DNA of 64,000 nucleotides, taken from the NCBI GenBank assembly GCA_003282975.1, contig QBYD01000002.1, positions 18,913-82,912 on the forward strand, read 5' to 3'. The stretch is from Pelagibacteraceae bacterium AG-325-C10. GTDB taxonomy: Bacteria; Pseudomonadota; Alphaproteobacteria; Pelagibacterales; Pelagibacteraceae. Below the pieces are notes generated by a model. It ran no database searches. It was not told the origin of the DNA and saw nothing but the letters and a program-made list of their open reading frames with translations. The position numbers and the translations under genes are program-made. Positions within the stretch are counted from its first letter, which is position 1; each line of letters opens with the position of its first letter. Positions 54,821 to 64,000 of the stretch are shown piece after piece.

Positions 54821-55081
54821 ATGGATATAAATCAGTTAATTGCAATTGTAAAAAAAAAGCTTGAAGAGAAAATTGATATTGAAAGTATAAGAATTGAGGA
54901 TAAGTCTTTCCTTCATAAAAACCATGCTGGAAACCAGGAGGGCAAATTTCATTTAAAAGTTTATCTTAAGTCAAATGAGTTAAAAAAAATGAGCAGAATA
55001 GAGAGTAATAAAAAAATTTATAAGATTTTAGATGAAGAATTAAAGATGTTTATTCATTCAATACAGATTTTAATCACTTAG
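54821..55081 (+). CDS. bolA: BolA-family protein
   Basis: IEDKSFLHKNH, FHLKV, IHSIQI; divergent from the J-domain gene. Confidence 0.82.
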   Translation: MDINQLIAIVKKKLEEKIDIESIRIEDKSFLHKNHAGNQEGKFHLKVYLKSNELKKMSRIESNKKIYKILDEELKMFIHSIQILIT

Positions 55082-56176
55082 CTCAGTTTTTAAAAAATTC
55101 GCCACTATTTTTTTATTATATTCCTTATTAATTAATGGGGAACCAATTTTTTTTAATAAAACTAAACTAATTTTATCTGAATTATTTTTCTTATCTTTGA
55201 GCATAAAAGATAAAATTTTATTTAAATCTTTCAAATTAAAAAATTTATTTATTTTTGATGGTAAATTTGAATTACTTATATGGTTAATAATTAAATTATG
55301 CTCTTTTTTTTTAAGCAAACTATTTTTAAAACTAAAATTTAAAGCAGTTTTCATTCCAAGTATGACTGCCTCACCATGGTTTAGTCTTTTTGAGTAGCCT
55401 AAAGATGCTTCATATGCATGCGCAAATGTGTGTCCAAAATTTAGAGTTTTTCTAAGTCCTTTTTCTTTTTCATCTTTTTCAACAACATTTTTTTTAATTT
55501 TACAGCTTTCATAAATTGTTTTTTCTATAAACGGAGAAGTAAGGCTTAAAACTTTTTTACTATTTCTATTTAAATAATTAAAATTTTTTTTATCAGCAAT
55601 TAATGAATGTTTTAAAATTTCACCGTAGCCACAAATAATTTCTCTCTTTGGAAGTGTTTTCAAAAATTGAATATCAGAAATAACTAAATGAGGTTGATAG
55701 AAACTTCCAATTAAATTTTTTCCATATTTGGTGTTAACTCCAGTTTTTCCTCCAATTGAAGAGTCTACTTGCGATAAAAGAGTTGTTGGAACATTTATAA
55801 ATTTTAGCCCTCTTTTGAACAAACTAGCAGCAAAGCCACTAATATCTCCTGTAATTCCACCGCCGATTGAGATTAGGCAATCTTCTCTAGAAAAGTTTTC
55901 TTTTAAAAGAATATCTAAAATTTTATTAACACTACTTTGATTTTTATTTTTTTCATTTGCATTAAATATATGAAGGTACAGTTTTTTTTTGCTTAAAGAT
56001 TTTTTTATTCTAGAAATAATTTTGTTTGATATATTTTTATCTACAATAAGAAGGCATTTTTTAAAATTGACTGAATTATTTTTTGCAATATTTGCTAAAT
56101 TTGGAACTAAATTAGAACCAATGATAATGGGATATCTTTGGCTTTTAGTATCTATCTTTAATTTAATGGGCTTCAT
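55070..56176 (-). CDS. aroB: 3-dehydroquinate synthase
   Basis: GGGITGD, PTTLLSQVDSSIGGKTG, LNFGHTFAH, HGEAV. Confidence 0.96.
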   Translation of the reverse strand: MKPIKLKIDTKSQRYPIIIGSNLVPNLANIAKNNSVNFKKCLLIVDKNISNKIISRIKKSLSKKKLYLHIFNANEKNKNQSSVNKILDILLKENFSREDCLISIGGGITGDISGFAASLFKRGLKFINVPTTLLSQVDSSIGGKTGVNTKYGKNLIGSFYQPHLVISDIQFLKTLPKREIICGYGEILKHSLIADKKNFNYLNRNSKKVLSLTSPFIEKTIYESCKIKKNVVEKDEKEKGLRKTLNFGHTFAHAYEASLGYSKRLNHGEAVILGMKTALNFSFKNSLLKKKEHNLIINHISNSNLPSKINKFFNLKDLNKILSFMLKDKKNNSDKISLVLLKKIGSPLINKEYNKKIVANFLKTELSD

Positions 56177-56675
56177 AAATATTTAAAATTTTTTTAACAA
56201 TTTCTTTCTTAGTTAAGCTATCACACTCAATTTTATATAAAGCTTTTGAATAAATGTTAGACCGTTTTTTAATTAAATCAATTATTTCATTTTCAGAAGC
56301 ATTTGACACCAAAGGTCTTTTTTTACTATTTTTTATTCTATTTACTAGTATTTCATCACTCCAATTTAACCAAAAAGATAAATGATTTTTTATTACCTCT
56401 TTTCTGATATTTTTATTTGTAAATGCACCGCCCCCAAGAGATATAACTACAGGCTTTAATTTTAGTTTTTTTAATGTAATTTTTTCTTCAAATTTTCTGA
56501 AATAATTCTCACCTTTAGTTTCAAATATTTTTTTAATCGACAATCCTAGTTCAGTCTCAATTTCATTATCAATATCTATAAAGTTTAATTGTAATTTTTT
56601 TGCAACTAAAGAGCCAATAGAACTCTTTCCTGATCCCATCATTCCTAAAAAAATTAGATTTTCTTTTGATTTCAT
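56163..56675 (-). CDS. aroK: Shikimate kinase
   Basis: GMMGSGKSS, DID, GE.YFR, SLGGG, RPL. Confidence 0.94.
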   Translation of the reverse strand: MKSKENLIFLGMMGSGKSSIGSLVAKKLQLNFIDIDNEIETELGLSIKKIFETKGENYFRKFEEKITLKKLKLKPVVISLGGGAFTNKNIRKEVIKNHLSFWLNWSDEILVNRIKNSKKRPLVSNASENEIIDLIKKRSNIYSKALYKIECDSLTKKEIVKKILNIYEAH

Positions 56676-56732
56676 AAGTTTCTTTATTGAAAAAACACAA
56701 ATATGTCTTAATTTGAAATTATCTAAAGTTAT

Positions 56733-56915
56733 ATGGAATTTAGTAAAAATACAAGTTCAGGCAAAACTAATGTAATAGGATTAGTAATTAAATCTATTTT
56801 TGGATTAGTAGCAATTTTAGGTTTAGTTTTTTTTCTAAATACAATTGATTTTCCATCGCCAAAAAAAGAAATAAAGAAAATTATCCCTAATGAGAATTTT
56901 AAAGTGGTTAAATAA
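56733..56915 (+). CDS. Small single-TM hypothetical protein
   Basis: 60 aa, one TM helix then PSPKKEIKKIIPNE; divergent from aroK. Confidence 0.65.
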   Translation: MEFSKNTSSGKTNVIGLVIKSIFGLVAILGLVFFLNTIDFPSPKKEIKKIIPNENFKVVK

Positions 56916-58653
56916 AAAATATTTATCAATAATAATCATCTATTCAATCTCTTCACTCTGTGCATTGGCAGAAGAGCAGCCTATAGACATTTGGAATATA
57001 GAAAAAAAAACAAATGAGACAACATCAGCAACAATTTCAACAATTGAAAATTTAGAAGTTAAAAAAGAGAGTAATATTTATAATTTACAAGCTGATAATA
57101 AAAAAGAAACTGTAAAACTAGATAACGAACTCAGATCGAAAGAAATTAAAATTGTTGGATTATATGATCCTGCAGATTATGGATTAAGCATTGATATGTG
57201 GTCAAATTCAGATGGTGCAACTCTAAAAAAACTTTTTAAAAACATAGATAATTATGATCTTTCTAGTGATGCATCAGAAATTCTTAATATTGCATTACTC
57301 ACCAATACTTACTATCCAAATAAAAGTATCACAGAGGATGAATTTTTAAATTTTAAATCTAAATGGTTAATCAAAGATTCAAATCTTGAATTAATAGAGG
57401 AATTTTTAATTAAAAATCAAGCTACAAATCTACATCCAGAATTGATGAGGTATATGGTTGATAACTATCTATCTAAATCTGATGTAAAAAAATCGTGTGA
57501 AATTTTTTCTAAAATAAAAGAACCCCTTGAAAATAAATACTTATCTAAATTTAATTTATATTGTTTAATAAATTATGGAAAAAATGAGGAAGCTCAACTT
57601 ATTTTAGATTTAAAAAAAGAATTAGGTTTTAACGATGAGTATTTTGAAAATAAAATTAACTATTTATTTGGATATTTAGAAGAGGCTAATAAGGATATAT
57701 CTGAGAATTCTATTCTTGATTTCCATTTAGCTCATAGAACAAATCCAGAATTTAAATTTGAACCAAAAAAAGATACTCCAAAATTAATTTGGAAATATTT
57801 ATCAGCTTCAAATTTATTATTTAATATCAAAGATATTGAAATTACTGATATTGAAAAAATTTCAACAATAGAAAAAGCTGTTCATGATAAAAATTATTCT
57901 GAGGAAGAATTATTTGAATTTTATAAAAAATTTCAGTTTTCAATAAATCAATTACTAAATACCAAACAGTCTTATAAATCTCTTCCATCAATTGAGGCAA
58001 AAGCTTTAGTTTATCAAAGAGTACTTTTGACTGAGGAAACAAAGTTAAAGTTAGAATTAATGAAAATTTTAAAAGACATTTTTATATCAGAAGGTTTGGA
58101 TAATACTTTTGATTTAGAATTAAAGAGATTTTTAAAATCAATAGACCCAGAAGATGTTCCATCAAATTTTACAACTTTTTATAGTGAAAATATAGAAGGC
58201 AGCGCTTCAAGTAAAAAAAGAATTAAATATAATAATAAAGTTTTACACCAATCAAAGTTAGTAAATTATTTTAATGGTGATTATGCTAAATCTAAAATTG
58301 AAGAGGATTTGAACAAATACCTAAAAAAGATAAAAAAAAATAAAAAATATATTTTATCAAAAAAAGATATAATTTTTATTGAGGCATTAAAATCTGATGG
58401 AATTGAGATTTCAAAAAAATATGATGATCTGTATAAAATTAGTGCAACTGAGATGCCAGCAGATATACAGTTAATGATAGATAATAGAGAGGTTGGGGCA
58501 GCATTATTAAGGGTTATTGAAGTTATTGGTTCTGAAAGAATTGAAGATATTGATGACGATACGGTTTATTTCATAATTAATACGCTTAACCAATTAAATG
58601 TAGATTTAATAAGAAATAAACTTCTACTTAAAGTTCTTCCTTTAAAAGTTTAA
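56890..58653 (+). CDS. Hypothetical exported protein, probably helical
   Basis: 587-aa ORF with a signal-peptide-like N-terminus; no recognisable catalytic motif. Confidence 0.75.
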   Translation: MRILKWLNKKYLSIIIIYSISSLCALAEEQPIDIWNIEKKTNETTSATISTIENLEVKKESNIYNLQADNKKETVKLDNELRSKEIKIVGLYDPADYGLSIDMWSNSDGATLKKLFKNIDNYDLSSDASEILNIALLTNTYYPNKSITEDEFLNFKSKWLIKDSNLELIEEFLIKNQATNLHPELMRYMVDNYLSKSDVKKSCEIFSKIKEPLENKYLSKFNLYCLINYGKNEEAQLILDLKKELGFNDEYFENKINYLFGYLEEANKDISENSILDFHLAHRTNPEFKFEPKKDTPKLIWKYLSASNLLFNIKDIEITDIEKISTIEKAVHDKNYSEEELFEFYKKFQFSINQLLNTKQSYKSLPSIEAKALVYQRVLLTEETKLKLELMKILKDIFISEGLDNTFDLELKRFLKSIDPEDVPSNFTTFYSENIEGSASSKKRIKYNNKVLHQSKLVNYFNGDYAKSKIEEDLNKYLKKIKKNKKYILSKKDIIFIEALKSDGIEISKKYDDLYKISATEMPADIQLMIDNREVGAALLRVIEVIGSERIEDIDDDTVYFIINTLNQLNVDLIRNKLLLKVLPLKV

Positions 58654-58676
58654 AAATTAGTTTATTTATCCGTAAC

Positions 58677-59201
58677 ATGAGTATTAAACCTATAATTACC
58701 GTTCCAGATGAAGTTTTGAAAAAAATTTCAGAACCATTAGAGGAGGTTGGTGAGAGTGAAAAAAAATTAGCAAAAGATTTATTTGAAACAATGTATGATT
58801 CAAAGGGAATTGGCCTTGCAGCAGTTCAAGTAGGTGTTCTAAAAAGAATTTTAGTAATTGATGTCTCATCGAAAGAAGAGAAAAAAAACCCATTGTGTTT
58901 CATAAATCCTATTATAAAAAAAATTAGTGATGAAACTTCAATTTATGAAGAGGGATGTTTATCTATACCAGATACTTTTATTGAAATTGAAAGACCAAAA
59001 ATTTGCGAAGTTGAATATGTTGGTCTTGATGGAAAATTAAAGAATATTGAGTGTGATGGTCTATTATCGACTTGTCTTCAACATGAAATTAATCATTTAG
59101 ATGGAAAACTGATTATTGATCATTTATCCAAGTTGAAAAGAGATATAATAATAAAAAAAATTTCTAAAGATAAAAAAAATCCTAGCAGAGTAATTGTTTA
59201 G
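58677..59201 (+). CDS. def: Peptide deformylase
   Basis: GIGLAAVQ, EGCLS, QHEINHLDG. Confidence 0.97.
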   Translation: MSIKPIITVPDEVLKKISEPLEEVGESEKKLAKDLFETMYDSKGIGLAAVQVGVLKRILVIDVSSKEEKKNPLCFINPIIKKISDETSIYEEGCLSIPDTFIEIERPKICEVEYVGLDGKLKNIECDGLLSTCLQHEINHLDGKLIIDHLSKLKRDIIIKKISKDKKNPSRVIV

Positions 59202-59203
59202 TA

Positions 59204-60127
59204 ATGCCTAAAAAAATTATTTTTATGGGAACTCCAATGTTTTCTGTTCCTATATTAAAATCTTTATATCAAAATGGATATCCAATTGAATGTGTTTATA
59301 CACAGCCACCACAGAGGTCTCAAAGAGGTCAAAAGATTAACAAATCACCAATACAAAAAATTTCTGAAACTTTAAATTTAGAATTTAGATCACCAAATTC
59401 TTTAAAAGAAAACAGTGAAGAATTTGAATTTTTTAAATCTATAAATGCAGATCTAGCAATTGTTGTTGCTTATGGCCAAATAATTCCAAAGGAATTTTTA
59501 AACTTAACTAAAAATGGTTTTATAAATATACATGCTTCAATACTTCCAAGATGGCGAGGAGCAGCTCCAATTCAAAGAGCTATTATGAATTTAGATAAAG
59601 AAACAGGTCTAAGTATTATGAAAATTACTGAGGAACTTGACACAGGACCCGTATGTAACACTTACAGAATAAATATTGAAGGAAATTTAAATGCATTAGA
59701 AATTAGTGAAAGACTGTCTTTTTTAGCTGCTGAAAAAATACTAGATAATATTGATGATATATTAGATGGCAAATCTAACTTCATAGAACAAGATCACTCT
59801 AATGCAACTTATGCTTCAAAAATTCAAAAGTCTGAAGGAGAAATTGATTGGACAGAATCTGCGCAAAACATTATTGGTAAAATAAATGGTCTGTACCCAA
59901 CACCTGGTGCTTTTTTTGTATATAATGGCGAAAGATATAAAATATTAAAAGCTGATATCGGCAATGGAATTGGAAATCCAGGAGAAGTTATTTCTAATTA
60001 TTTAGAAATTGTTTGTGGAAAAAATCAATCTATAAAAATTATTGAAATACAAAGACAAGGAAAAAAGCCTCAAAATATTGGTGAATTTATGCTTGGTTCT
60101 CAATTAAAAAAAGGGTCTAAAATCTAA
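59204..60127 (+). CDS. fmt: Methionyl-tRNA formyltransferase
   Basis: FMGTP, VVAYG, NIHASILPRWRGAAPI, LDTG. Confidence 0.96.
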   Translation: MPKKIIFMGTPMFSVPILKSLYQNGYPIECVYTQPPQRSQRGQKINKSPIQKISETLNLEFRSPNSLKENSEEFEFFKSINADLAIVVAYGQIIPKEFLNLTKNGFINIHASILPRWRGAAPIQRAIMNLDKETGLSIMKITEELDTGPVCNTYRINIEGNLNALEISERLSFLAAEKILDNIDDILDGKSNFIEQDHSNATYASKIQKSEGEIDWTESAQNIIGKINGLYPTPGAFFVYNGERYKILKADIGNGIGNPGEVISNYLEIVCGKNQSIKIIEIQRQGKKPQNIGEFMLGSQLKKGSKI

Positions 60128-60868
60128 ATGATCAGATATCAATTGCTTATTGAGTATGTAGGTACAAATTTTAGAGGGTGGCAAATTCAAAAAAAAGGCT
60201 TCACAATCCAAGGTCTAATTCAAGAAAAACTCACAAAATTGTTAAAACAAAAAATAATTTTAAATGGTTCTGGAAGAACAGATACTGGAGTTCACGCAAT
60301 TGAACAATCTGCTCATTTTGATTGTAAAAATGAAATTAAAGATTTAACAAAATTTTTAAAATCTATTAACTTTTTTTTAAATGATAAAGGTATTGCAATT
60401 AAAAAGATAAAAAAAAGGAGCAATAAATTTCACTCAAGATTTTCTGCAAAACAAAGAATCTATAAATATATAATTTTTAATCAAATTAGTGAGCCTGTGA
60501 TAGAAAAAAAAAGAGGTTGGCATGTAAGAAAAATTTTAGATTTAAATTTAATTAAAAAAGGTGCAAAAAAACTAGAGGGAACTAATGATTATTCTACTTT
60601 TAGAGCATCTAGCTGTCATGCTAAAAGCCCAATTAAAACTATTAAATCTGTTAAAATCAAATCGTCTAAAAATAAAATAGAAATAGAATTTAGATCTCAA
60701 TCATTTTTACAACAACAGGTAAGATCTATGGTTGGTTGTTTAAAATATTTAGGTGAAAAAAAATGGGATTTGAAAACGTTTGATAAGATATTTAAATCAA
60801 AAAAAAGAGTATTATGTGCACCGCCGGCACCTCCAGAAGGACTTTTTTTAGCGAGAGTGATTTATTAA
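60128..60868 (+). CDS. truA: tRNA pseudouridine(38-40) synthase
   Basis: GWQ.Q, SGRTDTGVHA, FHSRFSA, FL.QQVR.MVG, APPEGLFL. Confidence 0.96.
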   Translation: MIRYQLLIEYVGTNFRGWQIQKKGFTIQGLIQEKLTKLLKQKIILNGSGRTDTGVHAIEQSAHFDCKNEIKDLTKFLKSINFFLNDKGIAIKKIKKRSNKFHSRFSAKQRIYKYIIFNQISEPVIEKKRGWHVRKILDLNLIKKGAKKLEGTNDYSTFRASSCHAKSPIKTIKSVKIKSSKNKIEIEFRSQSFLQQQVRSMVGCLKYLGEKKWDLKTFDKIFKSKKRVLCAPPAPPEGLFLARVIY

Positions 60869-61339
60869 TTTTTTTTTGTTACTCATTGCAAATTTTTTAT
60901 TAATTCGCCATCTAGACTCTGCTCTTACAATATAGCCACAACAATTTTTTGATTTACATTTGCATTTAAATTGTTTGTAATTTTCATCATATCCAAAACC
61001 ATAGTCACATGTAAATTCTTCTCCTTTTTTTATATCTTTAATGGCCTTGACCCAAATCCTAAGTCCTTTGCCATCATAATCACAATTGTTATCACAAGAG
61101 TGATTTATTAAACCAGCAGTGTTCCAAGAAAAATCTCCATCAAGATCATATCTTTTATTTATCGTGAATAAATAAATAGGTTTATTGTTATCATATTTAT
61201 CTGACTCTTCAGTTTGTTTTTTAGTAATTAGTTTTCCGATATAATCAATTATTTTTGTTCCCGCTTTGATATCTTTTGTTGCGTAAAGGCCTCGACCTTT
61301 TTTATCAATGTCAGATTTTTTAATTCTATACAATTTCAT
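60848..61339 (-). CDS. SET-domain protein-lysine N-methyltransferase with post-SET Cys cluster
   Basis: GRGLYA, INHSCDNNC, GEEFTCDYG, CKCKSKNCCG. Confidence 0.92.
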   Translation of the reverse strand: MKLYRIKKSDIDKKGRGLYATKDIKAGTKIIDYIGKLITKKQTEESDKYDNNKPIYLFTINKRYDLDGDFSWNTAGLINHSCDNNCDYDGKGLRIWVKAIKDIKKGEEFTCDYGFGYDENYKQFKCKCKSKNCCGYIVRAESRWRINKKFAMSNKKKLINHSR

Positions 61340-61369
61340 TACATTTTTTTAGAGAGTTATTAGAAATTA

Positions 61370-62299
61370 TCAATTAAATTCTATTAAAGCATCTACATGT
61401 CTTTGAGTACTATCTTGTAGTGCTTTTAAATCATACCCACCCTCAAGAATTGAAACCACATTTCCATTACAAAATGGTTTTGAAATTTCTAAAGTTCTTT
61501 TTGTTAAAGTATAAAAATCCTCTGAACTTAATCTTAATTGGGCCAAAGGATCATCGATATGTGCATCAAAACCCGCAGAAAACAACAAGAATTCAGGTTT
61601 AAATTCTTTGAGTTTATTTAAAACATGTTCATACGCATTAAGATATTCAACTGCTGTTGTACCTGCTTCAAGTGGAATATTGAAAATATTATTATGTTTA
61701 CCTTTTTCTTTTTCAGATCCTGATCCGGGATAATAAGGATACTGATGAGTTGATATGTATAAGACTTTTTCATTATCATAAAAAATATTTTGAGTTCCAT
61801 TTCCGTGGTGTACATCAAAATCAATGATTGCAATTTTATTATATTTATATTTTTCAATTAGATAATTTGCTCCAACAGCAACATTATTATAAATACAAAA
61901 TCCCATTGCTTTTTCTTTTTCAGCATGATGCCCGGGTGGTCTAACGGCACAAAAGGCATTTTTGAAATCTTTATTTTGAACACCTTCTATTGCAGCAAGT
62001 ATTGAACCAACTGCGTCTTTAGTGGCATCTTTACTACCTGGTGAAACAACTGTATCACCATCAAGAAAATTAAATCCATTTTGTGGAAAAGATTTTTGTA
62101 CTTGGTTTATATAATTCAATGAATGAGTTTTTATTAAAAGATCTTGATCAAAGTTAGTTGGTTTTTTCCAAATTAAATTTTTATTATCTAACTTTCTAAA
62201 GTTATCAATTACTACAGTAACTCTGTCTATTTTTTCTGGATGACCTTCACCTGTATTATGGTTTTGATAAGTATCTGATGTTACTAAACCAGTTTTCAC
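61370..62299 (-). CDS. Histone-deacetylase-family Zn-dependent amidohydrolase
   Basis: HPE, RPPGHHA, GFC, DFDVHHGNGTQ, SAGFDAH, LEGGY; GTG start overlaps dapE stop (GTGA). Confidence 0.93.
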   Translation of the reverse strand: MKTGLVTSDTYQNHNTGEGHPEKIDRVTVVIDNFRKLDNKNLIWKKPTNFDQDLLIKTHSLNYINQVQKSFPQNGFNFLDGDTVVSPGSKDATKDAVGSILAAIEGVQNKDFKNAFCAVRPPGHHAEKEKAMGFCIYNNVAVGANYLIEKYKYNKIAIIDFDVHHGNGTQNIFYDNEKVLYISTHQYPYYPGSGSEKEKGKHNNIFNIPLEAGTTAVEYLNAYEHVLNKLKEFKPEFLLFSAGFDAHIDDPLAQLRLSSEDFYTLTKRTLEISKPFCNGNVVSILEGGYDLKALQDSTQRHVDALIEFN

Positions 62300-63453
62300 T
62301 TAAAGTAGTTTTTTAAGATATTAGAATAAATTAATGTTAATTTTTTTAAATCTGATAATGAAACTGCTTCATCTACTTTGTGCATAGTTTTTCCAACTAA
62401 ACCAAACTCTAAACAAGGAGCTATTTTTCTAATGAATCTTGCATCAGAAGTTCCACCAGTTGTAGATAACTTAGGTTTAATCTTTGTTATTTTTTTAATT
62501 TCATCTTGAATCATATAAGTAGTGTCATTTGGTTTAGTCAAAAAAGCTTCTCCTGAGACACTATAATCAATATTAAACTTTAATTTATTTTTTTTACTTA
62601 TTCTTTTTATAACTTTATCAATTTTTGTTTTAATTGAATTTGAGGAATGTTTGTTATTAAATCTGATATTAAATTTTGCATTAGCTGATCCTGGTATCAC
62701 ATTATCTGCAAAATTATCTATATCGATTTTGGTAATTTCAAGATTTGTAGGTTGAAAATCTTTTGTTCCATTATCAAATTTAATTTCTTTAAGTTCTTTC
62801 AGTATTTGAACTAATGCCGTTGAAGGATTATTTGCTCTATCAGGGTAAGCAACATGTCCTTGGATACCAATGATTGTTAATTTTCCAGTCATACTTCCCC
62901 TACGACCAATTTTAATCATTTCACCTAATTTATTTGGGTTAGTTGGCTCTCCAACTAAACAAAAATTTATCTTTTCTTTTTTCTTTCTTAAATATTCGAC
63001 TACTTTTTTTGTACCATTTATTGCAACTCCTTCTTCATCACCAGTAATTAAAAGACTAATAGAGCCATTAAATTGTCTTCCTTTTGAGATGAAATTGCTT
63101 ACCGCTGAAACAAAAGCTGCAACAGAACTTTTCATGTCATTTGCACCTCTTCCGATTAAATAACCTTTTTTTACAGAGGGTTTAAAGGGATTTACAGTCC
63201 AATTTTTTAGATTACCTGCTGGAACAACATCAAGGTGTCCAGCATAACAAAAATTTGGCCCTTTGTTTCCAAGCCTTGCGTATAAATTCTTTACAGGTTT
63301 ATTGTTCTTTTCTCCAAATTCTAAAATTTTAGTTTTAAAGCCTAAGATTTTAAGTTTTTTTTCCAGAAACTTCATTATTCCTGCATCGATAGGCGTAACA
63401 GTTGGAAATCTAATTAACTCTTTAGCTAATTGAAGTTCATTAATTGTAGCCAT
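62296..63453 (-). CDS. dapE: Succinyl-diaminopimelate desuccinylase
   Basis: AGHLDVVP, GRGANDMK, GDEEG, GEPT, QGHVAYP, GGTSDARF. Confidence 0.96.
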   Translation of the reverse strand: MATINELQLAKELIRFPTVTPIDAGIMKFLEKKLKILGFKTKILEFGEKNNKPVKNLYARLGNKGPNFCYAGHLDVVPAGNLKNWTVNPFKPSVKKGYLIGRGANDMKSSVAAFVSAVSNFISKGRQFNGSISLLITGDEEGVAINGTKKVVEYLRKKKEKINFCLVGEPTNPNKLGEMIKIGRRGSMTGKLTIIGIQGHVAYPDRANNPSTALVQILKELKEIKFDNGTKDFQPTNLEITKIDIDNFADNVIPGSANAKFNIRFNNKHSSNSIKTKIDKVIKRISKKNKLKFNIDYSVSGEAFLTKPNDTTYMIQDEIKKITKIKPKLSTTGGTSDARFIRKIAPCLEFGLVGKTMHKVDEAVSLSDLKKLTLIYSNILKNYFK

Positions 63454-63460
63454 TCTAAAT

Positions 63461-64000
63461 CTATTCTCTTAATAGATCATTAACAGAAGTTTTAGATCTT
63501 GTTTTTTCATCAACTTGTTTGATTATTACTGCACAATATAAAGATGGAGCTGAAGAATTATTCTTGTCTGGTAATGAACCAGGCACAACAACTGAATAAG
63601 GAGGAATTTTACCATAAGTAATTTCTCCACTAGCTCTATTAACTATTTTAGTTGATTGCCCAATATACATTCCCATACTTAAAACTGACCCTTCTCCAAC
63701 AATGACACCCTCAACAACTTCTGACATTGCTCCTATAAAACAATTATCTTCAATTATAGTTGGTAATGCTTGCGCAGGTTCCAATACACCCCCAATTCCT
63801 GATCCAGCTGAGATATGACAATTTTTTCCTATTTGGCAACAACTACCAGCACGACTAAATGTGTCCATCATAGTGCCTTCATCAATGTAAGCTCCAATAT
63901 TAACATAGCATGGCATAAGCACGGCATTTTTTCCTACAAAAGAACCTTTTCTTACAGGAGAATTAGGTACCATTCTAAAACCTGCTTTTTCATGATCCTC
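63461..64000 (-). CDS. dapD: Tetrahydrodipicolinate N-succinyltransferase (5'-truncated by window edge)
   Basis: [39 protein letters not shown]; frame is open to base 64000. Confidence 0.96.
   Translation of the reverse strand, partial: EDHEKAGFRMVPNSPVRKGSFVGKNAVLMPCYVNIGAYIDEGTMMDTFSRAGSCCQIGKNCHISAGSGIGGVLEPAQALPTIIEDNCFIGAMSEVVEGVIVGEGSVLSMGMYIGQSTKIVNRASGEITYGKIPPYSVVVPGSLPDKNNSSAPSLYCAVIIKQVDEKTRSKTSVNDLLRE

Overview
Very AT-rich, densely packed alphaproteobacterial chromosome segment. Gene content, gene order and minimal intergenic spacing are consistent with a SAR11/Pelagibacterales genome (inference from style and synteny, no database search). Most of it is core genome: dnaN (partial), lysA-argH, coq7/dsbB, carD-fdxA, a TAXI-TRAP transporter, aceEF, gltDB, thrS-infC-rpmI-rplT-pheST-lepA, gyrB, regB, cobST, aroKB, def-fmt-truA and dapD(partial)-dapE. 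There are three tRNAs: Leu-CAA, Arg-ACG and Ser-GGA. No CRISPR array, integrase, transposase or rRNA was seen. Two small genes missing from the ORF track were found by hand: a 35-aa histone-H1/protamine-like protein with its own RBS, terminator and candidate promoter, and a 38-aa LptM/YifL-like lipoprotein. Main leads: (1) a co-oriented HDAC-family deacetylase plus SET/post-SET methyltransferase pair, together with Lys-rich candidate substrates (the 35-aa protein and an H1-like tail on CarD), suggesting a hypothetical lysine-modification system for nucleoid proteins; (2) a glycosyltransferase CDS whose last 15 codons and stop lie inside tRNA-Ser; (3) a J-domain/CobS/CobT/BolA cluster with no cobN in the window; (4) an AceE carrying an N-terminal lipoyl domain; (5) a RegB with a non-canonical H-box.
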